Source of the DNA: an uncultured Eubacteriales bacterium
Lineage (GTDB): Bacteria > Bacillota > Clostridia > Oscillospirales > QAMX01
Length of the DNA: 64,000 nucleotides
Reading direction: 5' to 3'
NCBI GenBank assembly: GCA_959600635.1
Contig: CAUGMN010000003.1
Span: 6,527 to 70,526 of the forward strand
The notes under the pieces were generated by a model, which was not told where the DNA came from, searched no databases, and saw nothing but the letters and a program-made list of their open reading frames with translations. Below are positions 1-9,562 of the stretch, piece by piece. Position numbers and translations under genes: made by a program. Numbering within the stretch: position 1 is the stretch's first letter; each line of letters begins with the position of its first letter.

Positions 1-1052
1 TCGGCGTGGCCGGCTGTACGGCGCTGATGCTCACCGCGCTCGGCATCCGCGATTCCATCAGCGTCATGTCGGACCGGCAGTTCGCGGAGATCCTGCGCTA
101 TGACGCCGTCGTCAACCTCAACGGAGCCGGCTACGACGAGACGCTGGACGCTTTTCTCTCCGACAAAGCTCCGCTCTCCGTCCAAACGGAAGCGGTGACC
201 CTGCATGCCGGCGGCGAATCGGTGACGCTTACCGCCCTCGTCCCCGAGGACGCGGCGCGTTTTTCCGAATTTGTCGGCCTCTTCGACCGCAAAAGCGGCG
301 ACACGCTCGGTTTTGACGACGCTTCGGTTCTCCTGACTGAAAAAGCCGCCGAGGAGCTCGGCGTCGCGGCGGGCGATACGGTGACGCTGAAAACGGGCGA
401 TCTGAATACCGCGGTTTTCACGGTGACCGGCGTGTGTGAAAACTACGTCGGCTCCTATCTCTACATCGGCCGCGGCTGCTACGAGGCGAGCCTCGGCGTT
501 CCCGCCGATAACGCCCTGCTGCTGCGGACAGGGCTTGCCGGCGCCGCCGAGCAGAACGAGGCGTCGGAGCGGCTTTTGGAAAGCGGGGCTGTGGCCTCGG
601 TGGAATGGCTGTCGCAGACGCGCGCGACCTACGACCGGCTGCTGGAAAGCCTTGATTTCGTCGTCCTGCTGCTGGTCGGCTGCGCGGGCGGGCTGGCCGT
701 GATCGTGCTCTACAACATCACCAACGTCAACATCAGCGAGCGCACCAAGGAGCTGGCGACGCTGCGCGTGCTCGGCTACCGCCACGGCGAGGTGGCGCGC
801 TATATCTTCCGCGAGATCGCTGTTCTGACCGTGTTCGGCCTCTGCATCGGGCTGCCGCTCGGCGTTTTGCTGCACCGCTACGTCGTCGCCGTCGCCGACA
901 GCGTCGATCTCATGCTCGGCCGGCAGATCTTCACCGCCAGCTTCCTGATCGCCGCGGCTGTGACGCTGGCGTTCTCCTTCATCGTCGACCTGCTCATGCT
1001 CATCAAGCTGCGCCGCATCAAAATGGCGGAGTCGCTGAAAGCGGCGGACTGA
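1..1052 (+). CDS. ABC transporter permease, FtsX/MacB type (C-terminal part; 5' end outside window)
   Basis: Frame is open to the window edge (ORF track 6..1052). A long extracytoplasmic stretch is followed by C-terminal TM helices (LDFVVLLLVGCAGGLAVIVLYN, AVLTVFGLCIGLPLGVLL, FLIAAAVTLAFSFIVDLLML), the typical FtsX-family layout. Confidence 0.75.
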   Translation, partial: GVAGCTALMLTALGIRDSISVMSDRQFAEILRYDAVVNLNGAGYDETLDAFLSDKAPLSVQTEAVTLHAGGESVTLTALVPEDAARFSEFVGLFDRKSGDTLGFDDASVLLTEKAAEELGVAAGDTVTLKTGDLNTAVFTVTGVCENYVGSYLYIGRGCYEASLGVPADNALLLRTGLAGAAEQNEASERLLESGAVASVEWLSQTRATYDRLLESLDFVVLLLVGCAGGLAVIVLYNITNVNISERTKELATLRVLGYRHGEVARYIFREIAVLTVFGLCIGLPLGVLLHRYVVAVADSVDLMLGRQIFTASFLIAAAVTLAFSFIVDLLMLIKLRRIKMAESLKAAD

Positions 1053-1057
1053 AAAGG

Positions 1058-1086
1058 TTGCCGCCCGGCAGATTTTGTGCTATACT
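1058..1086 (+). promoter_or_regulatory. sigma-A type promoter candidate for the 1136 gene
   Basis: TTGCCG - 17 nt - TATACT with TGc extended -10, about 50 nt upstream of the ATG. Confidence 0.5.
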
Positions 1087-1135
1087 GTCATGGTGTTCCG
1101 GCGGATTGATACGATGATTCAGAGGAGGAAGCGGC

Positions 1136-1801
1136 ATGAAGCTGTATGTCAAACAGATGTATGACTGGAATTACTACGCATACTACGCGGAGGATGTCGA
1201 CGAGCCATACTGGGGCTTTTTCAAAAACGAGCTGTGGTGGCAGGTGGGAAACAGCTTTATCAAGCCGTATGACAACGTCGAGGGGTTTGAATACTGTGCG
1301 GAGAACTTCGCAAAATACGGGGAAACGGCCGTTTATCAGCTGTTGAAAATTCTCCCCGCGCCATGGGAAAAGGCGCTGGACTTCCTCATTCCCGAGATGA
1401 AAGCGCTGGGCGTCGACTGGTTTGTCCACGGCAGCGCGGCCATGGCGCTCTGGGGCATCGGCGTCGCGCCCAGAGACCTGAACGTCATCATTCCGAACGC
1501 AGCCGACTACGACAAGGTGCGAAGCCGCTTTTTCCGGCTCGCAATCAAGCCCTTTGAGCGCTGCGACAACTGGCTGATGAGCGCGCTCGGCAGCATTTTT
1601 CACGAGGCCGTGATCGGCTTTGCCTTTCAGAACGCAGCGCCCGAGCCGTTTGACATGAACCGGCTGACGCGCCTCGATTATCACGGAGAGGCGGTTTTTG
1701 TGCCGGGGTTGGAATCGCTGCGGCAGGATAACGCGGCGATGAACCGGCCGGACAGAGTTTCCATGATCGAAAAGAGAATGCGTGAAGCCGCCCGCGCCTG
1801 A
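1136..1801 (+). CDS. hypothetical protein, possibly a degenerate minimal nucleotidyltransferase fold
   Basis: ATG preceded by AGGAGGA at 6 nt. The segment VHGSAAMALWGIGVAPRDLNVII resembles the hG[GS]..D.[DE] NTase motif, but the second acidic residue is Asn. Confidence 0.6.
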   Translation: MKLYVKQMYDWNYYAYYAEDVDEPYWGFFKNELWWQVGNSFIKPYDNVEGFEYCAENFAKYGETAVYQLLKILPAPWEKALDFLIPEMKALGVDWFVHGSAAMALWGIGVAPRDLNVIIPNAADYDKVRSRFFRLAIKPFERCDNWLMSALGSIFHEAVIGFAFQNAAPEPFDMNRLTRLDYHGEAVFVPGLESLRQDNAAMNRPDRVSMIEKRMREAARA

Positions 1802-1835
1802 GCGTGCGTGCGGCTTCACAGCCAAGCGGCGGTCA

Positions 1836-3257
1836 TCATCCGATGACCGCCGCTTCGTCTTTTAAGGGTTCAGGGCTTTGCTCCGGCGCCGTTTCGGGCG
1901 GCAGCGGCTCATTTTCGGCCGGCAGGCGGCGGCGGGCGATCCAGTAGCAGAGCAGGTGCGCCGCAAAGGTGATCGCCCAAGAGACGGGATAGGAGAGATA
2001 CAGCGTCGTCAGCGTGCGGTGGTTGGCAAAGATCGTATAAATCCACAGCACGCGCAGGCCGCACGCGCCGGTCAGCGAGACGATCATCGGCAGAACGGAA
2101 TAGCCCAGCCCGCGCATCATCCCCGAGCAGACGTCCATGAGCCCGCACAAAAAATACGTCGTGACGATGACGTTCATGCGCAGCATCCCGAACTCCACAA
2201 CCGGCTCCTGATCGGTGTAGATGTGCAGAAGCGGCTTTTGCAGCAGCATTGCGATCAGGCCCAGCGCCAGCCCGACCGCCGTGACCAGAATCATACAGAC
2301 GCCGAAGACCCGGTTGATGCGCCGGTACTGCTTTGCGCCGAGGTTCTGGCTGGTAAAGCTGAGCGCGGCCTGATAGACCGAGTTCATCGCCGTGTAGATA
2401 AAGCCCTCGATGTTTCCGGCGGCGGTGTTTCCCGCCATCGCCAGCGAGTCAAACGAATTGATGGACGACTGGATTAACACGTTTGAAATCGAAAAAACGC
2501 AGCCTTGCAGGCCCGCCGGCAAGCCGATCCTCATGATTTCCCAAGCCGTTTCCCGATGAATGCGGAGCCGGCGCAGCTCCACCCGACAGGGTCCGTCCAT
2601 GCGCATCAGGCAAATCATGATCAGCGCCGCTGAAACGGCCTGTGAGATCACCGTCGCCAGCGCCACGCCGTCCACGTCCATTTTGAAAACGATGACGAAA
2701 AAGAGATTTAAAATTACGTTCAGCACGCCGGCGGCGACGAGAAAGTAGAGCGGCCGCTTTGTGTCGCCCATCGAACGCAGAATCGCCGCGCCGAAATTGT
2801 AGAGCATCGAAACCGGCATCCCGCAGAAAATGATGCGCATATAGACCACCGACAGATCGATGACGTCCGCCGGCGTATCCATCCATTCCAGCAGCGGCCG
2901 GGCCAGGATGACGCCCACGACCACCAAAATGCAGCCGCACACGAGGCTCAGCGAAACCGCCGTATGCACGGCTCTGCCGATTTTTTCCCGCTCGCCGGCG
3001 CCGTACAGCCGCGCGACGAGGACGTTGGCGCCGATCGACAGCCCGATGAAGGCGTTGACGATCAGATTCGTCAGCGCGCCGGTCGAGCCGACCGCCGCCA
3101 GCGCCTGATCTCCGGCATACCGCCCGACGACCGCGAGGTCGGCGGCGTTGAAAAGCAACTGTAAAACGCCGGAGAGCATCAGCGGCAGGGAAAACATCAG
3201 AATTTTCCCCGCCAGCGGCCCCCGGCACATATCCATCTCATACCTCTGTTTTGCCAT
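1836..3257 (-). CDS. MATE family efflux transporter
   Basis: 473 aa with 12 predicted TM helices. The N-terminus MDMCRGPLAGKILMFSLPLMLSGVLQLLFNAADLAVVGR is the classic MATE/NorM opening; the C-terminal tail is Pro/Glu-rich. Confidence 0.9.
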   Translation of the reverse strand: MAKQRYEMDMCRGPLAGKILMFSLPLMLSGVLQLLFNAADLAVVGRYAGDQALAAVGSTGALTNLIVNAFIGLSIGANVLVARLYGAGEREKIGRAVHTAVSLSLVCGCILVVVGVILARPLLEWMDTPADVIDLSVVYMRIIFCGMPVSMLYNFGAAILRSMGDTKRPLYFLVAAGVLNVILNLFFVIVFKMDVDGVALATVISQAVSAALIMICLMRMDGPCRVELRRLRIHRETAWEIMRIGLPAGLQGCVFSISNVLIQSSINSFDSLAMAGNTAAGNIEGFIYTAMNSVYQAALSFTSQNLGAKQYRRINRVFGVCMILVTAVGLALGLIAMLLQKPLLHIYTDQEPVVEFGMLRMNVIVTTYFLCGLMDVCSGMMRGLGYSVLPMIVSLTGACGLRVLWIYTIFANHRTLTTLYLSYPVSWAITFAAHLLCYWIARRRLPAENEPLPPETAPEQSPEPLKDEAAVIG

Positions 3258-3323
3258 ATCCGGCTGTTTCTCCCCGTCTGCCCGCGTTTTCTTTGGCTTT
3301 CAGCCGCTTTGCTAAGCGTATAC

Positions 3324-3352
3324 ATTATAGCATAAGCGCCGTACCGGAGCAA
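3324..3352 (-). promoter_or_regulatory. promoter candidate for the MATE gene
   Basis: Minus strand reads TTGCTC - 17 nt - TATAAT with TGc extended -10, about 65 nt upstream of the ATG at 3257. Confidence 0.55.
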
Positions 3353-3577
3353 GCCCGTTTTTGAGAATCGCCGACGCTTCCCGCCGTCACAGCCGTCGGT
3401 TTCAGGCTGGAAATCCCGCCGAACCGTGCGGTTGGGCGGCACGTTTTGTAAAATTCAAAAACGCTTTGTCGTGCCCGCATGGGCGGCCGGCACGTTTTAT
3501 GAAATTCCAAAAACGTTTCATTGTGCCCGTTCGGGCGACCGGTACGTTTCATGAAATTCAAAAAACGATCCGTTCTA

Positions 3578-3615
3578 CCCGTAGGGGCGCACCTATGTGT
3601 GCGCCCGCCCCGCCG
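3578..3615. repeat. REP-like GC-rich palindromic element (copy 1)
   Basis: CCCGTAGGGGCGCACCTATGTGTGCGCCCGCCCCGCCG; the hairpin arms are GGGCGCAC/GTGCGCCC. A degenerate inverted copy lies at 3636-3665. Confidence 0.8.
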
Positions 3616-3862
3616 CCGCGCCGAACCCTTTTCGCGGGCGGACACGCAGGTCCGCCCCTACGGATGATGGGAACGTCATATAAAACCCCAAAAACGTTTG
3701 ATTCCGCCGTACGGGTGGTTGGCGCGTTTCACGGAATGCCAAAAAAACGTTCCATTGTGCCCGTGCAAATGACCGACACGTTTCGAAAAATCCCAAAAAC
3801 GTTCCATTGTGCCCGTGCGGGTGGTTGGAACGTTTCATAGAATCAGAAAACGATCCGTTCTA

Positions 3863-3900
3863 CCCGTAGGGGCGCACCTGTGTGTGCGCCCGCCCCGCCG
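3863..3900. repeat. REP-like GC-rich palindromic element (copy 2)
   Basis: CCCGTAGGGGCGCACCTGTGTGTGCGCCCGCCCCGCCG, nearly identical to copy 1. Confidence 0.8.
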
Positions 3901-3996
3901 TGCGGGCTTCCGCACAGAACAGCGGCGGCGAAAAGCGCGGCCAAGCAAAGCGCCGCAGCTTTTCGCCGCCGTCCTGACCGCCCTGCAAGGCGGCTG

Positions 3997-5409
3997 TCAG
4001 AGCGTTTCAAGCTTAATGAGGTTGGTATTGCCCGATCTTCCGTTCGGCAAACCGCCGGTGATGACAATGTTGTCGCCCTTCTCGGCCATGCCGGAGTTTT
4101 TGGCGGCGATGATCGCGTGGTAAAAAAGCACGTCGGTGGACTGAAACTCCTCGCTCATCACCGGCTGGACGCCCCATGACAGCGCCAGCTTGCGCCATAC
4201 CTTCTCCTCGGTCGTCATGCCGATGATCGGCTTGGGCGAGCGGAAGCGGGAGACCATGCGCGCCGTCGCGCCGCTGCGCGTGCAGACGACGATGAGACGC
4301 GCGTCGATATCAATCGAGAGCGCGGCCGTCGAATGCGAAACCGCGTCGATGGTGTTGCGGATTTTGAAATTGGAGTTTCGGAACCGCTTGGCATAGTCGA
4401 TATCCTTCTCCGTTTCTTCGGCAATTCGGCTCATCGCCTCGACCGCCGCGACCGGATAACGCCCCATGGCCGTCTCGCCGGAGAGCATAATCGCGCTGGT
4501 TCCGTCGTAGACGGCGTTGGCCACGTCGGAGATCTCGGCGCGCGTCGGGCGCGGCTTCTCGATCATCGATTCGAGCATCTCCGTCGCCGTGATGACGCGC
4601 TTGCCGCGGAAGCGGCAGGCGGTAATCAGATGCTTCTGGATCGCCGGCAGCTCTTCAAAGGGGATCTCCACGCCCATGTCGCCGCGCGCGACCATGATCC
4701 CGTCGCTGTGCTCAATGATCTCCTCGATGTTGTCGACGCCCGAGCGGTTTTCGATCTTGGCGATGAGATCGATGTGTTTGCCGCCGTTAGAGTCCAGGAA
4801 TTCACGGACGTTCACCAGATCCTGCTTGCAGGACACAAACGAGCAGGCGATGAAATCCACGTCCTGCTGAATGCCGAACAGCAGATCGGCCTTGTCCTGC
4901 TCGCTCAGGTAATCCTGTTTGAGCACCTTGTTTGGAAAGCTCATGCTCTTGCGGTCGGACAGCTCGCCGCCGATCAGCACGCGGCAGACCACGTCCGCTC
5001 CCGCCAGCTCCGTGACCTCGAAGATCACAAGGCCGTTATTGAGCAGAATCCTGTCGCCCGGCCGCAGCTCTTCGGCCAAATGCTTATACGACACCGACAC
5101 GCGCCGCTCGTCGCCCTCGATCTCGTCGGCGGTAAAGGCAAACGTGTCGCCGTCGTTGAGCGTCACCTTATGCTCCCGAAACGTCTTGATCCGGTACTCC
5201 GGCCCTTTTGTATCCAGCATCAGCGCGATCGGCGCGTTCAGCTTTTCCCGCACCTTCCGCACCAGCGCCATGCGCCCGGCGTGCTCCTCGTGCGTCCCGT
5301 GAGAAAAATTGAACCGCGCCACGTTCATCCCCGCGCGCACCATTTTCGTCAGCGTCTCCTCATCAGAGCAGGCGGGACCCATCGTACAGATGATTTTGGT
5401 TTTTTTCAT
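3997..5409 (-). CDS. pyk: pyruvate kinase
   Basis: MKKTKIICTMGPACSDEETLTKMVRAGMNVARFNFSHG, MVARGDMGVEIP and other canonical PK motifs. The start is trimmed from the ORF-track 5532 to the ATG at 5409, which gives the conserved N-terminus. Confidence 0.95.
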   Translation of the reverse strand: MKKTKIICTMGPACSDEETLTKMVRAGMNVARFNFSHGTHEEHAGRMALVRKVREKLNAPIALMLDTKGPEYRIKTFREHKVTLNDGDTFAFTADEIEGDERRVSVSYKHLAEELRPGDRILLNNGLVIFEVTELAGADVVCRVLIGGELSDRKSMSFPNKVLKQDYLSEQDKADLLFGIQQDVDFIACSFVSCKQDLVNVREFLDSNGGKHIDLIAKIENRSGVDNIEEIIEHSDGIMVARGDMGVEIPFEELPAIQKHLITACRFRGKRVITATEMLESMIEKPRPTRAEISDVANAVYDGTSAIMLSGETAMGRYPVAAVEAMSRIAEETEKDIDYAKRFRNSNFKIRNTIDAVSHSTAALSIDIDARLIVVCTRSGATARMVSRFRSPKPIIGMTTEEKVWRKLALSWGVQPVMSEEFQSTDVLFYHAIIAAKNSGMAEKGDNIVITGGLPNGRSGNTNLIKLETL

Positions 5410-5522
5410 ATTTTTTCGACACTCCATGTTATTTCCCCATTTTTGCTGTCGAATCGTAAAGAATCTCACGCCGTTCTCATCGCAAAAACGCCAAATCGGC
5501 CATATTAAAATCAATCGAGTAC

Positions 5523-5551
5523 ATAATACCACACTTTATTGTTTTTTTCAA
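5523..5551 (-). promoter_or_regulatory. promoter candidate for pyk
   Basis: Minus strand reads TTGAAA - 17 nt - TATTAT, about 110 nt upstream of the pyk ATG. Confidence 0.5.
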
Positions 5552-5571
5552 GAGGCAGAGGGGCATTCAGC

Positions 5572-5614
5572 AAAAGAAACCGGCGCGCTCCTCAGAGGCG
5601 CGCCGGTTTCTTTG
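5572..5614 (-). terminator. rho-independent terminator after the SLH protein gene
   Basis: GAAACCGGCGCGC / GCGCGCCGGTTTC stem followed by a T-run on the minus strand, about 35 nt after the stop at 5648. Confidence 0.8.
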
Positions 5615-5647
5615 CTCTCCGCGCCGTTCTTCACGGCGCCGGACGGG

Positions 5648-8600
5648 TTATTTCAGAATTTTTTCCGCATAGCGGCGGATCAGCGCCGCCGCTTCGGAGC
5701 GCATCGCTTCGCCTTTCGGTTCCAGCGCCATGCTGCCGCGGCCCTCGATTAAGCCCGAGGCGACCGCCCACTCCATCGCGTCTTCGGCGTAGGGGGCGAT
5801 TTCATCCGCATCCTTGTATGCCGCGAGATCGGTCCGGGCCGATGTATCGCACTGCCTCAGCGCGGCGTAGCGGCAGAAAATCAGCACCATCTGCTCGCGC
5901 GTGATCAGATCATCCGGCCCGAAACGGCCGCTGCCGTCGCCGTAACCGAGGACGATGCCCTCGGCGGCCGCCCAATCGACCGCGTCTGTATACCACGCGC
6001 CGGACGCGAGATCGGTAAAGCACGCCTTGGGGGAGCCCGCCGGGTTTCCTTCCATATTCCAGAGCATCTGAACGATCATCGCGCGCGTCAGCAGCAGGTC
6101 GGGCTCGAACCGGTCTCCGCCCGTGCCCTCCATCACGCCGCTGCGGAAGACGTACATCACGTCGTCATAGAACCAGTCGTCCTTGTCCACGTCGCTGAAC
6201 GGATTGGTCGCAAACGCCGCGTCTATCGCAACCGCCCCGGCAGGCATGACAAACCGATATTTGCCGTCGGCTTCGGTCGCTTCGATCGCCTTGCCGTCGG
6301 CTCCGGTCACGGTGATTTCGCTCAGCCAGTAGTTCTCCAAGGGTATGGCGGTGATCTCCACCAGCGTCCCCGCCGCGGCCCTGTTGACCGAAACGGTCAC
6401 GGAACCGTTTTGCATCTCTTGAATGGATATGGGGTAAGTGACGACGATTCCGCCCGGTGTATTGGCGCTCCATTGGGCGGTCAGGACGGCGTCGGCATCC
6501 CCTACGGTATAAGCCGCTCCGCCGCTGTAAATCTGGCCGTCGCCGTCTTGCCAGCCTTTAAAGGAGTATCCGGCACGGCTGGGGACAGGCAGGTCAAAGC
6601 TGTCGCCTGCGGCCCGCTGTTCATATACGATATCGGCGGAATATCCCGTTTTCAACGTGACCGTAAGCGTACCGGTTCCCACCGGCACCTTCAAATCGCG
6701 CACGACGCCGCCGGCTCCGGCCGCCGCAACGGCCTCTTGCAGGGTGTCATAGAAAGCCATGTTCCACTGGTCGATTACGACGGCGGCCGCCGGGGCCAAA
6801 TCATCCTCGTCGATGTCCGCCTGGCTTCTGGCGGGGAAGATCATGTCGGTTGCGTTGACCGTATCTCCCAACGGGCCGAGCGCAATGCTGGCGTAATTGG
6901 GGTCGCTCAGGTAATTGCCGGTGAAATCCAGCTCCTCATCGTCTTTTTCAAGGTAATAGATCCCCATGGCGGCGTTATTCAGATTGTCGGTGTCCATCAC
7001 GTTGTCTGTGACCGTCACGGAGACGTTTTCGCTGTAATACGCTCCGCCGTTGTTTTTCGGCGCCTCTATGTGGATAAAGCGCTGCTGCCGAACGGCGGGG
7101 TCGGAATCCCGGAAGCTGTTGCCGCGAATGACAATCCGGCTGCCTGCCTCCGGCGTGATCTGAATGGCGTCCCAGTCCACGTTGTCAAAGGTACAGCCGG
7201 TGACGCTGATCTCGCCGGTCAGGCGGGAGGCATAGATCGCGGAGAGCTTGTTCTGGATGTTGTTGATATCTTGAAAGACGACGTTCTGAACCGTCCCGCC
7301 GCTTTTGTCGAAATGGACGGTGATGTTGCCGCTGAGAATGTGGTTTTCACCCGTCTCCGGGTCTTTGCCGTCCAGAACCGCGCCCGCGGGCAGCTTCACA
7401 TCCAATACATTCGAGCGGTCTGCGTTGTGAACGTCGGCCAGCAGAAGAATGGTTTCTCCCGGCTGCACGGCGTTGACGGCGGCGAGCAGCGTTTTGTATT
7501 CCTGATCGTTGATCTTTGCGACAGCGGGCGCGCTCTCAGCGACAACGCCGTAGCTGCCGCTGCCGTTATCGACCGGTTCAAAACCCTCGGCGCAGAGCGA
7601 TTCCTCCACCGCGGCGGCAAAAATACCGCCGGAGACCTTCACCGGCGTGCCGGTCGCGGCAGACAGCTTATCCTTGAAATTGCCGCCTGAAATTTCGACC
7701 GGGCCGCTGAGATCCGCGGAAATATCCGTCTTCCCGCCGCTGGTCACCTTGTTTTCAAACGTGCCGCCTTCGATCTGAATCGTACCCGTACCGCCGTTTC
7801 CAAAAAACGCGTTGTTGTTCGGCACATTCCGCGTAAAGACGCCGCCGCGAATGACGACAGAGCCTTCTCCCGAGGTATAAACCATGCGATAGGAGGTGCC
7901 TGCGCCGCCGTTCCCCAGTGTGTATGTGCCGCCGTTGACGGTCAGAACGCCGCCGTCGGAAGCGATCGCGCCGTTCATCCTGCCGTATACGGTGGCGTTG
8001 TTGATCGTCATAACGGCTTCGCCCGAACCGCCGCCGTTGGCGATGGCGTAAGCATAGCCGCCATTCACATAGTTATCGCAGGCCGTAAAGAAGCCTCCGT
8101 TGATGGTCGCCGTGCCGAAGTTGCGCAGGGCGTTGCCGCGCTGCACCAAGTTAGCGTCCGTGCGGTCGGTATTTTCATCGCCGAAGGTTCCGCCGTTAAT
8201 GGTCAGGACGCCGTAGTTTTCAACGGCATGACGGCCCTGATCCTCGACATTGGTGGTATAAATGGCGCCGGTTTTCGCCGCGCTGCTGTCGTTGATCGTC
8301 AGATCGCCCTGGTTTTTGATAAAGGCGTCTTGATTGACGCCGATCAGCCGGCAGCCGTTCAGATCCAGCGTGACCGTCATGCCCTCGGGAATTCCAATGT
8401 ACTGGCCCTCGGTGCCCGTAACATCCGCCAAAAGGACGAGCTCCACCGTCCGGCCGGCCTCAGCCTCCCGAACCGCGGCTTCCAGCGCGCCTGTCAGCGA
8501 CGCATAGCGCGTTCCGTTCACTTCGGCCAGGAACAGATCGACAATGGCGTCAAAGATCTCTTCCTCACTTTTCGCCTCTCCGCCTACCGTCCATGTGTTG

Positions 8601-9562
8601 CCCTGGACGGAAACCGCGGCGTCGGCCGCCAGACCGCCGGCTTTGATCAGCTCGCCGCCGTCGTCTTCAACGTCCGTAAAGCTGTTGCCGGAAATCGTGA
8701 CAACGCTGCCCTCCCCGATGTGGCCGAACCGGATCGCGCGGTCGTTTCCGTTAGCGATATCGTTGTTCTCGATGACAATTTGACCCTTGCTGGGGCAGGG
8801 GGTTCCGCCTAAGGAGCCGTCCTGTACGGCGATGGCGTTATGCCCCAGTCCGTCGAAGGAGCTTTCCCGCACCGTTATGCCGTCGACCGCCTGCACATAG
8901 ACGCCCTGGAAGGCCGTCTGCACCGCGCAGTTTTCAATGACGAAATTTTTCAGCGGGTTGGTCGTGTTGCCCACATGGAGCAGCTTGTTGCGCAGGTTGT
9001 TGACCGACGAGTCGTTCCCCGTATAGCTGCAATTTCTGATGGTAAATCCGTCGATCTCGCAGAAAGGCGCGGAATCGGCGCCGATATAGACAGACTTTGT
9101 AAAGTGGATGTTTTCCAGCGTGAGATTGCTGATCTCCCAGTAGCTGTAATAGCTGTTGGCCGTGCCGTTGAGCGGCTGTCCGTTCACAGGATGGGTGCCC
9201 TCGCCGTAAATATGGCCCGTAGCGATATCCAGACCGTCTATCACCGTCTTTTCCGAGCCCTCGGCGCCTCTGATGGTGACGTCCGTTAAGCTCCGGTGCA
9301 AATGCATCGGACCGCTTTCCGCGCTGTTGCTGCTTTTCTCGGTCTGCCGCAGCGCGCCGGCTCCCAGCTCGCCGGCGGCCAGCTGAATGACATCGCCGTC
9401 GCGCGCCGCGTCCAGAGCCTCTTGGAGAGTCTCATACGGTGTCTGCACGCCGCCGCGCGTAATGGTGGCCGCGACGGGGCCGTCCGACGCCAGCGCAGCG
9501 ACGGGCAGCACGCACAGCAGCGCCGTCAGCACGGCCAAAACCGATAGTATACGCCTTTTCAT
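5648..9562 (-). CDS. cell-wall-anchored (3x SLH) protein with parallel beta-helix repeats and a Listeria-Bacteroides type repeat
   Basis: Signal peptide MKRRILSVLAVLTALLCVLPVAALA, preceded by an AGGAGGAAGGAA RBS. Many G/N/T-rich beta-helix-like repeats. GYSFKGWQDGDGQIYSGGAAYTV repeat. C-terminal SLH-type segments (FSDVDKDDWFYDDVMYVFRSGVMEG, FTDLASGAWYTDAVDWAAAEGIVLGY, YKDADEIAPYAEDAMEWAVASGLIEG). Confidence 0.9.
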   Translation of the reverse strand: MKRRILSVLAVLTALLCVLPVAALASDGPVAATITRGGVQTPYETLQEALDAARDGDVIQLAAGELGAGALRQTEKSSNSAESGPMHLHRSLTDVTIRGAEGSEKTVIDGLDIATGHIYGEGTHPVNGQPLNGTANSYYSYWEISNLTLENIHFTKSVYIGADSAPFCEIDGFTIRNCSYTGNDSSVNNLRNKLLHVGNTTNPLKNFVIENCAVQTAFQGVYVQAVDGITVRESSFDGLGHNAIAVQDGSLGGTPCPSKGQIVIENNDIANGNDRAIRFGHIGEGSVVTISGNSFTDVEDDGGELIKAGGLAADAAVSVQGNTWTVGGEAKSEEEIFDAIVDLFLAEVNGTRYASLTGALEAAVREAEAGRTVELVLLADVTGTEGQYIGIPEGMTVTLDLNGCRLIGVNQDAFIKNQGDLTINDSSAAKTGAIYTTNVEDQGRHAVENYGVLTINGGTFGDENTDRTDANLVQRGNALRNFGTATINGGFFTACDNYVNGGYAYAIANGGGSGEAVMTINNATVYGRMNGAIASDGGVLTVNGGTYTLGNGGAGTSYRMVYTSGEGSVVIRGGVFTRNVPNNNAFFGNGGTGTIQIEGGTFENKVTSGGKTDISADLSGPVEISGGNFKDKLSAATGTPVKVSGGIFAAAVEESLCAEGFEPVDNGSGSYGVVAESAPAVAKINDQEYKTLLAAVNAVQPGETILLLADVHNADRSNVLDVKLPAGAVLDGKDPETGENHILSGNITVHFDKSGGTVQNVVFQDINNIQNKLSAIYASRLTGEISVTGCTFDNVDWDAIQITPEAGSRIVIRGNSFRDSDPAVRQQRFIHIEAPKNNGGAYYSENVSVTVTDNVMDTDNLNNAAMGIYYLEKDDEELDFTGNYLSDPNYASIALGPLGDTVNATDMIFPARSQADIDEDDLAPAAAVVIDQWNMAFYDTLQEAVAAAGAGGVVRDLKVPVGTGTLTVTLKTGYSADIVYEQRAAGDSFDLPVPSRAGYSFKGWQDGDGQIYSGGAAYTVGDADAVLTAQWSANTPGGIVVTYPISIQEMQNGSVTVSVNRAAAGTLVEITAIPLENYWLSEITVTGADGKAIEATEADGKYRFVMPAGAVAIDAAFATNPFSDVDKDDWFYDDVMYVFRSGVMEGTGGDRFEPDLLLTRAMIVQMLWNMEGNPAGSPKACFTDLASGAWYTDAVDWAAAEGIVLGYGDGSGRFGPDDLITREQMVLIFCRYAALRQCDTSARTDLAAYKDADEIAPYAEDAMEWAVASGLIEGRGSMALEPKGEAMRSEAAALIRRYAEKILK

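Larger units (their letters stand above)
3438..3900. repeat. array of seven degenerate ~52-bp tandem repeats in two sub-arrays, each ending in a GC-rich palindrome
   Basis: Units start at 3438, 3489, 3541, 3670, 3721, 3775 and 3827. Consensus is GGnACGTTTyAt..AAtyCAAAAACGtTyCATTGTGCCCGT..., with nested inverted repeats ACGTTTT/AAAACGT and GGCAC/GTGCC. Confidence 0.85.

Noticed and set aside
3361-3840. The 159-aa ORF (and minus-strand ORFs 3325..3645 and 3593..3838) spanning the repeat array, which gives repetitive F.KF.K.F peptides.
   Set aside because: The periodic peptide is a by-product of translating the DNA repeat. The frame is not maintained across units (51-54 bp periods), and no RBS or start context is present.
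3438-3900. CRISPR array interpretation of the ~52-bp repeat region.
   Set aside because: The units abut each other without unique spacers and are degenerate rather than identical. No cas genes or leader are present.
5410-5532. N-terminal extensions given by the ORF track for pyk (5532), the SLH protein (9694), nitroreductase (20504), GH2 (26868), purL (27909), phosphoesterase (35382), galT (38124), SBP (43968), sialidase-like (45861), adhesin (56516), regulator (58521) and infC (60017).
   Set aside because: In each case an internal start with a proper RBS restores the conserved N-terminus or signal peptide. The upstream extension is Arg-rich or lacks an RBS.
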